DNA of 64,000 nucleotides from Candidatus Woesearchaeota archaeon (GTDB taxonomy: Archaea > Nanobdellota > Nanobdellia > Woesearchaeales > GW2011-AR4): positions 104,861 through 168,860 of the forward strand of contig JACPJQ010000004.1 of NCBI GenBank assembly GCA_016187465.1. Reading direction: 5' to 3'. Position numbers and translations under genes: made by a program. This document shows positions 27,666-37,163 of this stretch, in pieces; the stretch's first letter is position 1; each line of letters starts with the position of its first letter. Under the pieces are notes generated by a model. It was not told the origin of the DNA. It saw only the letters and a program-made list of their open reading frames with translations, and ran no database searches.

Positions 27666-28652
27666 ATGGAGCAAATAAAGCTAGATGTGACGGACCGCAA
27701 GATTCTAGCAGAACTGGACAAAAATTGCAGGATACACAATTCGGTATTGGCAAAGAAGGTAAACAAATCCCGGGAAGCGGTGAAATATAGAATACAGCAG
27801 CTTCAGAAAAAAGGAGTTGTAACGGGTTTTATTACATCAATTAATCCGAACAAGCTTGGCTATTACATGTTCAAAGTATACCTAAAATTGGAGAATATAC
27901 CAAACGAAAGGGAAAAATTCTTTGAAGAGCTGAAGCAGAACAAGGACATCTATTGGTTTGGGATTTCTGACGGGGTTTTTGACGTTGTTTTTGCAATACT
28001 CTCAAAAAGTGTTACAGGATATTATGAAAAAATAAATATCCTGCTTTCTAAATGGGAGCATTTGATAGTCAGCAAAGTGCTCGGAACTATGGTGGATACT
28101 AGGCAGTTCAACAAGAAATTCTTTACAAACGACACAAATGGGCAATATGTAATTTTTGGGGGTGATGTTGTCAATAATGAAATTGAAGAATTAGATTACA
28201 AGATTTTAAATATTTTGGCGAATGAGGCAAGAATGCCGTTGACGGAACTGACAAGGAGAGTAAAGTCGACTATTGAAATCGTAAGGGGCAGAATTAGAAA
28301 GCTTGAGGAAAAACAAATCATTTTGAATTACAGAATTTCAGTTGATTTCAATAAACTGGGGTTGGAATTCTTTAAGGCAATTATTTATTTCAGAAAATTG
28401 TCCGAAAGAGATGAAAAGGCGCTCTTTGAATGGATGAGAACACATCCAAATTCATTATATTATATCAGAAGCCTTGCCCCGTGGGAAGTAGAATTTGAGT
28501 TTGCAGTCGAAAGCTACCAGCAGTTTAACTCAATAATAAACGATTTGAGGAAAAGGTTTCCCCATGTCATTAGGAATTATGAGCATTTGATAATGATTTA
28601 TGAAAACTGGATGCCCGCATATCAGGAAATGCTAAAGATAGCTACTTATTAA
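27666..28652 (+). CDS. tandem (duplicated) Lrp/AsnC-family transcriptional regulator
   Basis: two consecutive HTH_AsnC + RAM-like units (DRKILAEL... and LDYKILNILANEARMPLTEL...). Confidence 0.75.
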   Translation: MEQIKLDVTDRKILAELDKNCRIHNSVLAKKVNKSREAVKYRIQQLQKKGVVTGFITSINPNKLGYYMFKVYLKLENIPNEREKFFEELKQNKDIYWFGISDGVFDVVFAILSKSVTGYYEKINILLSKWEHLIVSKVLGTMVDTRQFNKKFFTNDTNGQYVIFGGDVVNNEIEELDYKILNILANEARMPLTELTRRVKSTIEIVRGRIRKLEEKQIILNYRISVDFNKLGLEFFKAIIYFRKLSERDEKALFEWMRTHPNSLYYIRSLAPWEVEFEFAVESYQQFNSIINDLRKRFPHVIRNYEHLIMIYENWMPAYQEMLKIATY

Positions 28653-28751
28653 TTAAATCGCATTTTAATCAAAAATCCAAAAACTCAAGCGATTGCAATT
28701 GTGCGCTCAGGTGCAAACATTTAAATATAAGATGGTATATACGTATATACT

Positions 28752-29525
28752 ATGGAAGCAAAGCTAGTCCGGAAATTCGGCAACAGCGGTCATGTAATCG
28801 TGCCAAAAGAATATATAGGCAAAAGAATAAAGTTTATTGCAGAGCCAAAAACCTTTGAAGATATAAAATCTGAGATATTAGTAATTCTAAAGTCGTGTCT
28901 AGAAAACATAATTGGCATTTATTTATACGGCTCTTATGCCAGAAATGAGCAGACAATAGAATCCGACATAGACATTTTGGTAATTACTGACACAAAATTA
29001 AAAATAATGGAAAAGATTTATGATTACTCTATTGTTTCTATCACAATAAATGAGCTTGAAAAGACACTAGATACTAACGCTGTTTTAATATTTCCAATAA
29101 TAAAAGAAGCTAAAATTATTATTAATCCGGAATTATTAGAAAAGTATAAGCAATACAAATTTACGAAAAAGAATACTGAAGTTTTCATTGAAGGTACTGG
29201 CAAAATTTTGGATTTAAATAAAAAAGGTCTTGAGTTGGATTTTGAGTTAGGAAGCCTTGTTTATTCCTTGATGCTGAGGATCAGGGGCTTGTTAATGATA
29301 AATCTTATACTGAGCGGTAAATTCTATTCAAAATCAGTTTTATTCGATTTTTTGGAAGGCAAAGGCTTGACAAAAGACAAAATTTTGGAGTTATATAAAA
29401 TCTATTCCTCTGAAATGGACGGGATTAAAATAAAAGAAAACAGAATTGTCACAAAAGAAGATATCAAAAAATTGCTAATTATTGCTGAAAATCTATTAAA
29501 AGAAGCGATAGGCTTGCTAAAATGA
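28752..29525 (+). CDS. AbrB/SpoVT-like swapped-hairpin domain fused to a minimal nucleotidyltransferase (MNT) domain plus uncharacterised C-terminal domain
   Basis: VRKFGNSGHVIVPKEYIGK N-terminus; GIYLYGSYARNEQTIESDIDILVITD NTase motif. Confidence 0.6.
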   Translation: MEAKLVRKFGNSGHVIVPKEYIGKRIKFIAEPKTFEDIKSEILVILKSCLENIIGIYLYGSYARNEQTIESDIDILVITDTKLKIMEKIYDYSIVSITINELEKTLDTNAVLIFPIIKEAKIIINPELLEKYKQYKFTKKNTEVFIEGTGKILDLNKKGLELDFELGSLVYSLMLRIRGLLMINLILSGKFYSKSVLFDFLEGKGLTKDKILELYKIYSSEMDGIKIKENRIVTKEDIKKLLIIAENLLKEAIGLLK

Positions 29526-29740
29526 GCAAAAAGAAATTCAAGAAAGGAATTGAAAGCATCGGACACCAAATCAATATTCATAAAAATATTAAATTAAAAA
29601 AAGCTATAGAAGAAGGAAATGTTGAATTAGCAGGATATTATGAAAAAGAAATTAAAAGGTTAGAGGAGCAGTTGATTGAAAAGCAGGAAAAATTATTGCC
29701 GAGAAGCAAAAGAATTAAACTGAAAACCAAACTCAAATAA
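29522..29740 (+). CDS. small Lys/Glu-rich coiled-coil protein
   Basis: 72 aa; ATGA overlap with upstream gene. Confidence 0.3.
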   Translation: MSKKKFKKGIESIGHQINIHKNIKLKKAIEEGNVELAGYYEKEIKRLEEQLIEKQEKLLPRSKRIKLKTKLK

Positions 29741-29744
29741 TCCT

Positions 29745-31853
29745 TCAAGCAATCCTCGCCTTATACCTGTTCAGCAGCATCGCATTCCCGACAACAGTTA
29801 TTGAGCTTGAGGCCATTGCTATTGCAGCAAAGATAGGGTTAAGAAGTATTCCGAACGGATAAAGCACGCCTGCTGCCACAGGTATCAAGCTCACATTGTA
29901 AAAGAAAGCCCAGAAAAGGTTCTGCTTCATCTTTGCAACAGTTCTTTTGCTCAAATCTATTGCAGTTACAACATCCCTTAAGTCATTTTTTATCAAAACT
30001 ATGCCGCCAGTTTCTTTTGCGATGTCTGTGCCTGCGCCGATAGCAATGCCGACATCTGCCTTGGCAAGCATAGGCGCATCATTAATTCCGTCGCCAACAG
30101 CAGCAACTATCTTGCCTTTTTCCTGCAGTTCCTTTACCTTTTTTGCCTTATCCTGAGGCAGAACCTCTGCCATCACGTTATCGATACCAAGCTGCAAAGC
30201 AATCGCCTTTGCAGTCCTTTCATTATCGCCGGTAATCATCCAGACTTCCTTGCCCATCGTCTTCAGTTTTTCAATAGCATCTTTTGAATTTTCCTTTAAG
30301 GTGTCAGCAATTGCAATCAAACCGATAATTTTCTTATCATACGCCGCTAATACAACTGTCTTGCCCTCATTTTCCAATTTTTGAATTTGATTTTCTATAT
30401 TATCACTAGGAATTCTGTAATCACGCATAAACAGCCTGTTGCCGACAAGAATTGTTTTGTTTTTATAATCGGCTTTAATGCCCTTGCCTGCAACAGTCTG
30501 ATAAGATTCAGCTTTTGGCAATTGCAGTTTCATTTCATCAGATTTTTTTAAAATAGCTTGGCCTAAAGGGTGCTCTGAACCTTTCTCAGCAATAGCCGCA
30601 AATTTAGTAACATCATTTTCCACAAATTTTGAATCTAAAACAACAACATTAGTAACAGAGGGCTCGCCTTTGGTAAGCGTTCCGGTCTTGTCAAAAATTA
30701 TAGATGTTATTTTGTGTGTTTTCTCCAAGAACTCGCCGCTCTTGACCAAAATCCCGTTTTGAGCGCCTTTGCCGGCGCCTATCATTATGGCTGACGGAGT
30801 TGCGATTCCCAATGCGCATGGGCAAGCAATTATCAGAACAGAAATTAGCATAGTCATTGCCATCGGGAAATGCAGGCCTGCAATAAAATACCAGAACAAA
30901 AATGATAAAACCGAAATCAAAATGACTATTGGCACAAAATAGGAAGAAATCAAGTCCGCCAGCCTCTGCATGGGCGCCCTGCTTCTTATTGCATCCTGCA
31001 CCATCTTTACAATCTGGGCAAGAGTCGTAGCCTCCCCGACTCTGGCAGCCTTCACTTTCAGCAATCCGCTTTTGTTGATAGTTGCTCCGATAACCTCATC
31101 TCCAGGCTTCTTGCCTGCTGGAATAGACTCGCCTGTAATCATTGATTGGTCAACAGAAGAGCTGCCCTCAAGCACAATTCCATCAACTGCAATTTTCTCT
31201 CCGGGCTTTGCTATGAAAATATCGCCAACCTTGATTTGCTCAACTGGAATTTGCATTTCATTTTCACCTCTGATTATAGTTGCAAGCTTTGGCTGCAGAT
31301 CAACAAGCTTTCTTATTGCCTGCGAAGCCCTCCCCTTGACCAAATGCTCCAGATACTTTCCCAGCATTATGAATCCGATAATCAGGCCAGATTCGGTGAA
31401 ATACACTTCTGTCATTCCGCCGGTTGAAGGGAATATTGCCGGCCATAAAATTCCCTGAAAAGCAATGATTGTGCTGTAAATCCAGGCAGCTGATGTGCCA
31501 ATCGCAATCAAGCTGTCCATATTCGCCTGCTTGGCCTTTACCGCGTCAACTGCTCCCCTGTAAAACCGCCAGCCACCTATAAACTGCACAGGGGTTGCAA
31601 GCAAAAAAAGCAAAATATAATTCGGCAAGCCAGGAAATGAAACCCTGTAGATATATTCAAAGAATGCAGTTACCAGTCCAAATCCTAAACTGAAGGCTGT
31701 CAAATATTTCAAATTCCTTTTCTCCTTTTCAGGCTTCAGAAAAGCTTCAAGGCAGTTGCCGCTGCAGAAGTAATATGCTGTCCCCTCCTGAGTTGTTTTG
31801 AATTTAGCCTTGCTTTCGTCAACATACATCCCGCAAATAAGGTCCTTTGCCAT
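29745..31853 (-). CDS. copA: copper-translocating P1B-type ATPase with N-terminal TRASH/YHS-type metal-binding domain
   Basis: CGMYVDESKA...YYFCSGNC N-terminus, TGES, CPCALG, DKTGTLT, GDGINDAP. Confidence 0.9.
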   Translation of the reverse strand: MAKDLICGMYVDESKAKFKTTQEGTAYYFCSGNCLEAFLKPEKEKRNLKYLTAFSLGFGLVTAFFEYIYRVSFPGLPNYILLFLLATPVQFIGGWRFYRGAVDAVKAKQANMDSLIAIGTSAAWIYSTIIAFQGILWPAIFPSTGGMTEVYFTESGLIIGFIMLGKYLEHLVKGRASQAIRKLVDLQPKLATIIRGENEMQIPVEQIKVGDIFIAKPGEKIAVDGIVLEGSSSVDQSMITGESIPAGKKPGDEVIGATINKSGLLKVKAARVGEATTLAQIVKMVQDAIRSRAPMQRLADLISSYFVPIVILISVLSFLFWYFIAGLHFPMAMTMLISVLIIACPCALGIATPSAIMIGAGKGAQNGILVKSGEFLEKTHKITSIIFDKTGTLTKGEPSVTNVVVLDSKFVENDVTKFAAIAEKGSEHPLGQAILKKSDEMKLQLPKAESYQTVAGKGIKADYKNKTILVGNRLFMRDYRIPSDNIENQIQKLENEGKTVVLAAYDKKIIGLIAIADTLKENSKDAIEKLKTMGKEVWMITGDNERTAKAIALQLGIDNVMAEVLPQDKAKKVKELQEKGKIVAAVGDGINDAPMLAKADVGIAIGAGTDIAKETGGIVLIKNDLRDVVTAIDLSKRTVAKMKQNLFWAFFYNVSLIPVAAGVLYPFGILLNPIFAAIAMASSSITVVGNAMLLNRYKARIA

Positions 31854-31854
31854 T

Positions 31855-31983
31855 TTATTCAGATTCCTCGAATTCGTTAAGGCAGTTCTCGCTGCAAAAA
31901 TAATGCTTTTTGCCGTTTTTCACAAAGGCGTATTCTGCAGCCTTTTCGTCCACTTCCATTCCGCATATTGGGTCTATTGCCAT
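31855..31983 (-). CDS. 42-aa stand-alone TRASH/YHS metal-binding mini-protein (putative copper chaperone)
   Basis: MAIDPICGMEVDEKAAEYAFVKNGKKHYFCSENCLNEFEESE; found manually (below ORF-track size cutoff); 1 nt upstream of copA. Confidence 0.5.
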   Translation of the reverse strand: MAIDPICGMEVDEKAAEYAFVKNGKKHYFCSENCLNEFEESE

Positions 31984-31985
31984 TT

Positions 31986-32144
31986 TCAAATTTTAATTGC
32001 GTGCTTTGTTATTTCTATGCTGCAGGCATAATGCTTTTTGCAATAAGCCTCACATTCTTCAGCAATTTTTTTATCTTTATAAACAAAATTGCACGCTTCA
32101 CATTCAAAATATTTTTTGCCCGATCTTTTAATTTCTTTGACCAT
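31986..32144 (-). CDS. 52-aa Cys-rich (zinc-ribbon-like) mini-protein
   Basis: MVKEIKRSGKKYFECEACNF...CEAYCKKHYAC; found manually; start overlaps DUF2892 stop (ATGA). Confidence 0.35.
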   Translation of the reverse strand: MVKEIKRSGKKYFECEACNFVYKDKKIAEECEAYCKKHYACSIEITKHAIKI

Positions 32145-32152
32145 TTGCAAAA

Positions 32153-32353
32153 TCATTGGTCTTTATTGCTGATGCCTAAAGCATTATGTACCCAGCACCA
32201 TCCTATAAAGCTCTCAACCAATGCAATCCAGCCAACAATGAACATGGCCCAGTTTACCAGTTCAGTGCCGTATTCTGGAGCCAAGGGCCCTAGCCACCAA
32301 AATGCCAGCGCAAACCTTAAAATCCTGTCGGTTTTGCCTAAATTCTGCCTCAT
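32153..32353 (-). CDS. DUF2892 (YgaP-like) small membrane protein
   Basis: DRILRFALAFWWLG...GWCWVHNALGI pattern. Confidence 0.5.
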   Translation of the reverse strand: MRQNLGKTDRILRFALAFWWLGPLAPEYGTELVNWAMFIVGWIALVESFIGWCWVHNALGISNKDQ

Positions 32354-32413
32354 TTTTTCACCTCCGCATTAATATGAAGTGGTTCCTAAAATCACTGATT
32401 TTCGATATTCGTC

Positions 32414-32860
32414 TTAATTCCATTCAAAGACTCTTTCTTCAACATTGGGAATACCTTTTATGATTATTCTAAACTTATCAAACTTTTCAATTACGTTAAA
32501 TGCAAGTGCGCCGGAGCTGTGGTGCCCCTCTAATTTCGGCGCATTTATTGGAGAGATTTTCTTTCCGCCATATTCCAAAGTTGTTATTTTTTCCAATGCA
32601 TACGTGCCCAACTCAACTGAATGTGTGTTTACTGCAAAATCAACTTGCAGCTGGCTATTGGCAAAGCCTCTTGGAGTTAAATCAATCTGCACGCTTCCCT
32701 GATCTGTGCTGCCTGTTGATATCATCTTAAAGCCCGGAGAGGGGTTATTACCTGCAGTCGGCACATCCTCATTTTTTTCAGCAGTCAGCCCGTAAATCGA
32801 ATAAAACAGTATAAGCACAGCCACTGCCAAAGCCCCATAAACTATATAGTCACTTTTCAA
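32414..32860 (-). CDS. secreted/anchored hypothetical protein
   Basis: N-terminal TM then soluble domain. Confidence 0.35.
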   Translation of the reverse strand: MKSDYIVYGALAVAVLILFYSIYGLTAEKNEDVPTAGNNPSPGFKMISTGSTDQGSVQIDLTPRGFANSQLQVDFAVNTHSVELGTYALEKITTLEYGGKKISPINAPKLEGHHSSGALAFNVIEKFDKFRIIIKGIPNVEERVFEWN

Positions 32861-33287
32861 TATGGCACCTCCTGTTGCTTATTCTATCCCTTATAAACAA
32901 GACTATGCCAACTAATGCAACAAATCCCCCAATTGCCCAAAAAAACACGTTAAACCTCTGCAAATTCTGGAACGGCGTGCCTGCAATTATAAGCCCAGAG
33001 TTGAGAATTATAAGGTTCTTTGAAATGCATTTTCTGGTTTGGTAAAGAACGATTGTCGCCAACAAAATCAAAACAGCCACTGCCCACAGCGGAACAGCTA
33101 TTTTTGTCAGGAAAAGCAGCGGCATTCCTGTTATGGTTATGCCGACTAGGCTCAATAAAAAAATCATGCCTAAACAAACGTTATGGCATACCTGCCATGA
33201 GCCAAGTATGCTTGCACCTCCTGAAATGCTTCCAGTCGCTCCTATCAATTTTTCCTTGACGTTTTTTGGCTTTGAATCCATTGTCAT
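32850..33287 (-). CDS. membrane protein with CxxxC motif (possible metal-handling)
   Basis: SWQVCHNVCLGM within first TM region. Confidence 0.35.
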   Translation of the reverse strand: MTMDSKPKNVKEKLIGATGSISGGASILGSWQVCHNVCLGMIFLLSLVGITITGMPLLFLTKIAVPLWAVAVLILLATIVLYQTRKCISKNLIILNSGLIIAGTPFQNLQRFNVFFWAIGGFVALVGIVLFIRDRISNRRCHIEK

Positions 33288-33778
33288 AATTCCTTGCAGC
33301 AGTCCAATATCTTTTTCATTATCTCTGAAAATTTTGAGCTTAAGGCCTGACTGGAAGGATTTGAGATAGTTTTTATCTCTTCCTTGTCTACAATTTTCAG
33401 GTTAATTGCAAAGAACAATGAAAAAAGCTCGAATGCAGCTTCAAAGTAGGAGTTTGCCTCATTTTTGTCAGTTTTGTACGCTTTTGTGCCGACTTCTATT
33501 AAGCGCATGCTTGAGGCAAGAAGGTGCTTGCTTACGCACCATTCCTCCCCTTTTGGGTTTGTAACGATTTTCTTCATCAGTTTTGTTCTCAATCCTCTTA
33601 TCGAGTCGAGCATTTCAAGGTACTTTTGGTTGTTTGTTTTTATTGCAGTGAAATAAAAATGCTCTTCGAGGCTTATCAAGTTCATGATGGCTATTGCCAA
33701 GTCCTCATCTTTTGACAAATCCGCTTCATTCTTGATATTTTTGACTTTCTCTATCCATCTGTTAATTTCATCTTTCAT
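33284..33778 (-). CDS. hypothetical cytoplasmic protein
   Basis: 164-aa ORF. Confidence 0.35.
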   Translation of the reverse strand: MKDEINRWIEKVKNIKNEADLSKDEDLAIAIMNLISLEEHFYFTAIKTNNQKYLEMLDSIRGLRTKLMKKIVTNPKGEEWCVSKHLLASSMRLIEVGTKAYKTDKNEANSYFEAAFELFSLFFAINLKIVDKEEIKTISNPSSQALSSKFSEIMKKILDCCKEL

Positions 33779-34323
33779 TTTATTATATTGTAATGCAGCA
33801 TTAACTGCAGGATTATCCCGGTAATAATCAGCAATAGAAAAGTCAATGCTATCCCTTGGTATGGAATGTGCCTTCCTTTTCTGATAGATGTTATTTTATC
33901 GCTTAAGTAAGGCGCAATTGCAACCACAACAGAGCCAATTATGCTCCCAACAACAAAATAATCAACAAGGTAAGTCCTGTTAAACAGGCTTCCATAATCC
34001 CCGTATAAGGAAATAAATAACGGGTGCTCGTCCTTTAGAATCATCCTCATGGGAATAATTGTTAGCAAATAAGAAGCAATTGTTATTATGGATTTTTGCA
34101 ACGGTACAAACTTTTTCTTAAGAATCCTTGAAAACCACAGCCCTGTTGAAACTGCGAAAGCTCCTATAAAAACCCCGATAACCATTCTGTGCACCCCTAA
34201 GACAGCAGCTCCTCCGGCTACAAAAGCAGCTCCAACAGTGCACAATGGGCAATGCGCGAAAGCAGTTTGCGGCACCGTGAGTAATATTGCAGCCGCTATT
34301 AGAAAAAACTTGATTCTTCCCAT
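33775..34323 (-). CDS. membrane protein with N-terminal HCPLC motif
   Basis: 182 aa, several TM helices. Confidence 0.35.
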   Translation of the reverse strand: MGRIKFFLIAAAILLTVPQTAFAHCPLCTVGAAFVAGGAAVLGVHRMVIGVFIGAFAVSTGLWFSRILKKKFVPLQKSIITIASYLLTIIPMRMILKDEHPLFISLYGDYGSLFNRTYLVDYFVVGSIIGSVVVAIAPYLSDKITSIRKGRHIPYQGIALTFLLLIITGIILQLMLHYNIIK

Positions 34324-34803
34324 TTATATCCTCGTAAATTCCGCTATGGAACCGTCCTTAGATATAGAATAAATGATGAAAGGCCCTGTCTTTTTTCCAG
34401 GCATCCCTGGCGAGGCAGATGGCATCCCGGGCAATGAAATTCCTTTTGTATCAGGCTTTTCCTTCAACAATTTTTCAATTGCCTCAACAGGAACATGCCC
34501 TTCAACATAATAATCACCTATAAGCGATGTATGGCAGCTAAGAAGATTTTTAGGTATGCTGTACTCGTTTTTCACGCCTTCAAGACTCGAAACAAGCTTG
34601 ACCTCTACATCAAACCCGTTCCTTTTCATGTAGTCGCTGTATAAACCGCAGCACCCGCAGGAAGGATCTTGGAATATTGTTATTTTTACATCCTTAAAAT
34701 TGGCATTTTTGCCGGCATCTTTGCTGCATCCAGCCAAAACAACAGCCAATGAAACCAGCAGTACAAATGCGGTTGTTCTAATCTTGAAGTTCATTTCAAT
34801 CAC
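34324..34803 (-). CDS. DUF411-family metal(copper)-binding protein with signal peptide
   Basis: DPSCGCCG...SCHTSLIGDYYVEGHVPVEAIEKLL. Confidence 0.6.
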   Translation of the reverse strand: MIEMNFKIRTTAFVLLVSLAVVLAGCSKDAGKNANFKDVKITIFQDPSCGCCGLYSDYMKRNGFDVEVKLVSSLEGVKNEYSIPKNLLSCHTSLIGDYYVEGHVPVEAIEKLLKEKPDTKGISLPGMPSASPGMPGKKTGPFIIYSISKDGSIAEFTRI

Positions 34804-34809
34804 CCTAAT

Positions 34810-35121
34810 TCAAATATTGAATTTTTCAGCAACCTTGTTGTAAACAAACGCAAATATGTATCCAGTGGCTGCTGCAATTACAAACCATCCAATAACACCG
34901 GTCACAGCACCCGCCAAAGAAATGTTTTTGACGACTATTCCAGACACATCAATGCTGTGCTGAAGCGCATTCACAAAACTTACAACCAATGGGATAGGAA
35001 TAAACGCGACAATAGCAAGACATATTACATACAGCACAATTGCCGTAATGCCGAGCGACAAAGCCACAATATTTCCGTTTAATTTTTCCATGCGATATCT
35101 CCTCCGGGACTTATAACTCAA
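34810..35121 (-). CDS. small membrane protein
   Basis: 103 aa, 3 hydrophobic helices. Confidence 0.3.
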   Translation of the reverse strand: MSYKSRRRYRMEKLNGNIVALSLGITAIVLYVICLAIVAFIPIPLVVSFVNALQHSIDVSGIVVKNISLAGAVTGVIGWFVIAAATGYIFAFVYNKVAEKFNI

Positions 35122-35299
35122 CGCCCAGATATTTTTGCCTTAAATCTTCAAGCGAAGCTTCTTCATTACATTCGCCACACAGATTATTCGCTTCAAGGGC
35201 TTGCACCAATATTGCCTTGCCGCAAATTTCACATCTTGCTCTTTTCATGCTTTTCAACCAGCTCGTTTTATCTCGCTGTCCATCCCCCGTCAACAACAA
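35111..35299 (-). CDS. small zinc-ribbon protein
   Basis: CEICGK...CGEC. Confidence 0.3.
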   Translation of the reverse strand: MLLTGDGQRDKTSWLKSMKRARCEICGKAILVQALEANNLCGECNEEASLEDLRQKYLGVEL

Positions 35300-36026
35300 G
35301 ATTATGGCCTGTTATGAAGCTTGATTCGTCCAATGCCAAAAATACAGCAGCATTCCCTATATCCTCAGGCTGCCCGAATCTTCCAACTGGGGTGTTTTCA
35401 AGCAGCGATTTTCTTGTTTCCTCGTCATTAATCATTCCCTTTGTCATGTCTGTGACTATAACTCCGGGATTGATTGCGTTTACTGTTATCTTGTATTGTG
35501 CGCAGTCCAGCGCAACTTCTCTTGTGAATTCTGTAACCCCCCCTTTTGATGCGCAATAAGCGGAAATGCCAGGAAATCCGACCAGGCCGGCAATTGAAGA
35601 AATGTTTATGATTCTTCCGCTTGTGCCTTGCTTTTTCATCTGCATAACTGCATATTTTGTCGCAAAGAAAACTCCTTTAAGGTTTACATCCATCTGCTTG
35701 TCCCAGTCCTGCTCTGTGAGCGTATCGACAGTTCCCTGCACGAGAATACCTGCATTATTGACCATTATGTCCAGCCTGCCAAAATGTTTAACTGTATGCT
35801 CGACTAAACTCTTCATATCCACTTCCCTTATGACATCTGCCTTTACAAATATAGAGTCTGCACCAAGTTTTTTTATTTCTTCAGCAGTCTTTTTAGCATC
35901 TTCATCTTCCTTATAGCTGTTAACAACAACCTTGCAGCCTTCTCTTGCCAGTGCAATTGCAATGCCTTTTCCAATTCCCCTGTTGGAGCCTGTAACAATT
36001 GCGATTTTTCCATCCAGTTTTCCCAT
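35268..36026 (-). CDS. short-chain dehydrogenase/reductase (FabG-like)
   Basis: TGSNRGIGKGIA, NNAG, S...YxxxK (YCASKGG). Confidence 0.85.
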   Translation of the reverse strand: MGKLDGKIAIVTGSNRGIGKGIAIALAREGCKVVVNSYKEDEDAKKTAEEIKKLGADSIFVKADVIREVDMKSLVEHTVKHFGRLDIMVNNAGILVQGTVDTLTEQDWDKQMDVNLKGVFFATKYAVMQMKKQGTSGRIINISSIAGLVGFPGISAYCASKGGVTEFTREVALDCAQYKITVNAINPGVIVTDMTKGMINDEETRKSLLENTPVGRFGQPEDIGNAAVFLALDESSFITGHNLVVDGGWTAR

Positions 36027-36030
36027 TCTA

Positions 36031-36579
36031 TCACCTTTTCTTGAACACTCCCTTCCATAGCTTTATTATCCACAAATACACAAGTATAATGAGCCCTATC
36101 ACCAAGACTAATGACAGGAAATTGATAAATCCCAAGTAACCATATCCGACATTTCCCATCATTCCGTATCCTGAACCCATCATTCCATACCCAAAATTGC
36201 CTCCCATCATGGTCATCATTCCTCCATAGTTTGCTTTTGTGTTTAAACCAGTTCCCATCATGCCATAACCCATCATTCCGTAACTCGCGGAGCTGTTGAA
36301 ATCGTTGCAGTAAATTCTTTTTGCCATCGCGATGTGCATGAGCCTCAGGCTTTGAGAGCCTTCGCCCCCCATCATCTTGTCCATTGCTTCATGCGCTTGC
36401 CCAGGATGCATCTGCTCCATAAGATAGTCGCCGATAATTTCCAGCTGGCTTTCTGTCAGCTTAAAGCAAGGCGTTTTAGCGTCAATCAGTTTCTTCGCTT
36501 CCGCAAACTCCTCTGCATCGGCAAAAACAAATCCGATGCTGAAAATAAAAATCAAAAAAAATATTATATGTTTCTTCAT
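36031..36579 (-). CDS. secreted LTXXQ-motif (Spy/CpxP/ZraP-like) protein with Met/Gly-rich repetitive tail and C-terminal TM
   Basis: signal peptide; KLTESQLEII; (YGMMG)n low-complexity Met-rich region. Confidence 0.5.
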   Translation of the reverse strand: MKKHIIFFLIFIFSIGFVFADAEEFAEAKKLIDAKTPCFKLTESQLEIIGDYLMEQMHPGQAHEAMDKMMGGEGSQSLRLMHIAMAKRIYCNDFNSSASYGMMGYGMMGTGLNTKANYGGMMTMMGGNFGYGMMGSGYGMMGNVGYGYLGFINFLSLVLVIGLIILVYLWIIKLWKGVFKKR

Positions 36580-36601
36580 TTTGGCACCTCATTGTTTGTA
36601 T

Positions 36602-36988
36602 TTACCCTTTTGATATTGCTTGTACGGCTTGGCTCACTTCATCCGCATAATTTTTTTCTGTTCCACTATATTCATCTGGCAAGTTTAGTTTTTCTATTTT
36701 ATGATCTCCTCCATTATATAACGCAACACCTATCTTTCCTCCCATAAAATCCAATTCAACCCAATCTTTAGACTGATCACTATTAGACTACTCCGCCCTT
36801 ATTTGGTATTTTTTACCTTCACTTTCAACTATACTTTCAAGAACACAAACGAACTTATCACTTATGTTTACATTTCCAGGAAGTGCAATTTTTTCCCCAA
36901 GGCGTGCTATCTTACGGATTCCTTCGAATAGCCTGGCTATTTCTTCCTTGCCCAAGAGTTTGTCTAAATTTTTTTGCCCTGTCATCAT
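36602..36988 (-). pseudogene. 127-codon reading frame interrupted by one in-frame TAG (36788..36790)
   Basis: coding-like sequence continues in the same frame for 61 more codons after the TAG to a TAA at 36602. Confidence 0.3.
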
Positions 36989-37163
36989 AATCCACCCCCA
37001 ACAATTTTAGCAGCAGCCTTTGCTTTTTCCTTTTCCCATTTTATTTGCCTCCAATATGTCCAATTTTGATATATAACGCGCTTAGGTATATAAATTTTTC
37101 TGTATATATCCTATTTTGATATATCCAAAACAGAAAGATATTTATATTGGACTGGCTTATTGC

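Noticed and set aside
30970-31458. 162-aa and 93-aa plus-strand ORFs inside copA
   Set aside because: Antisense to a strongly supported P-type ATPase gene.
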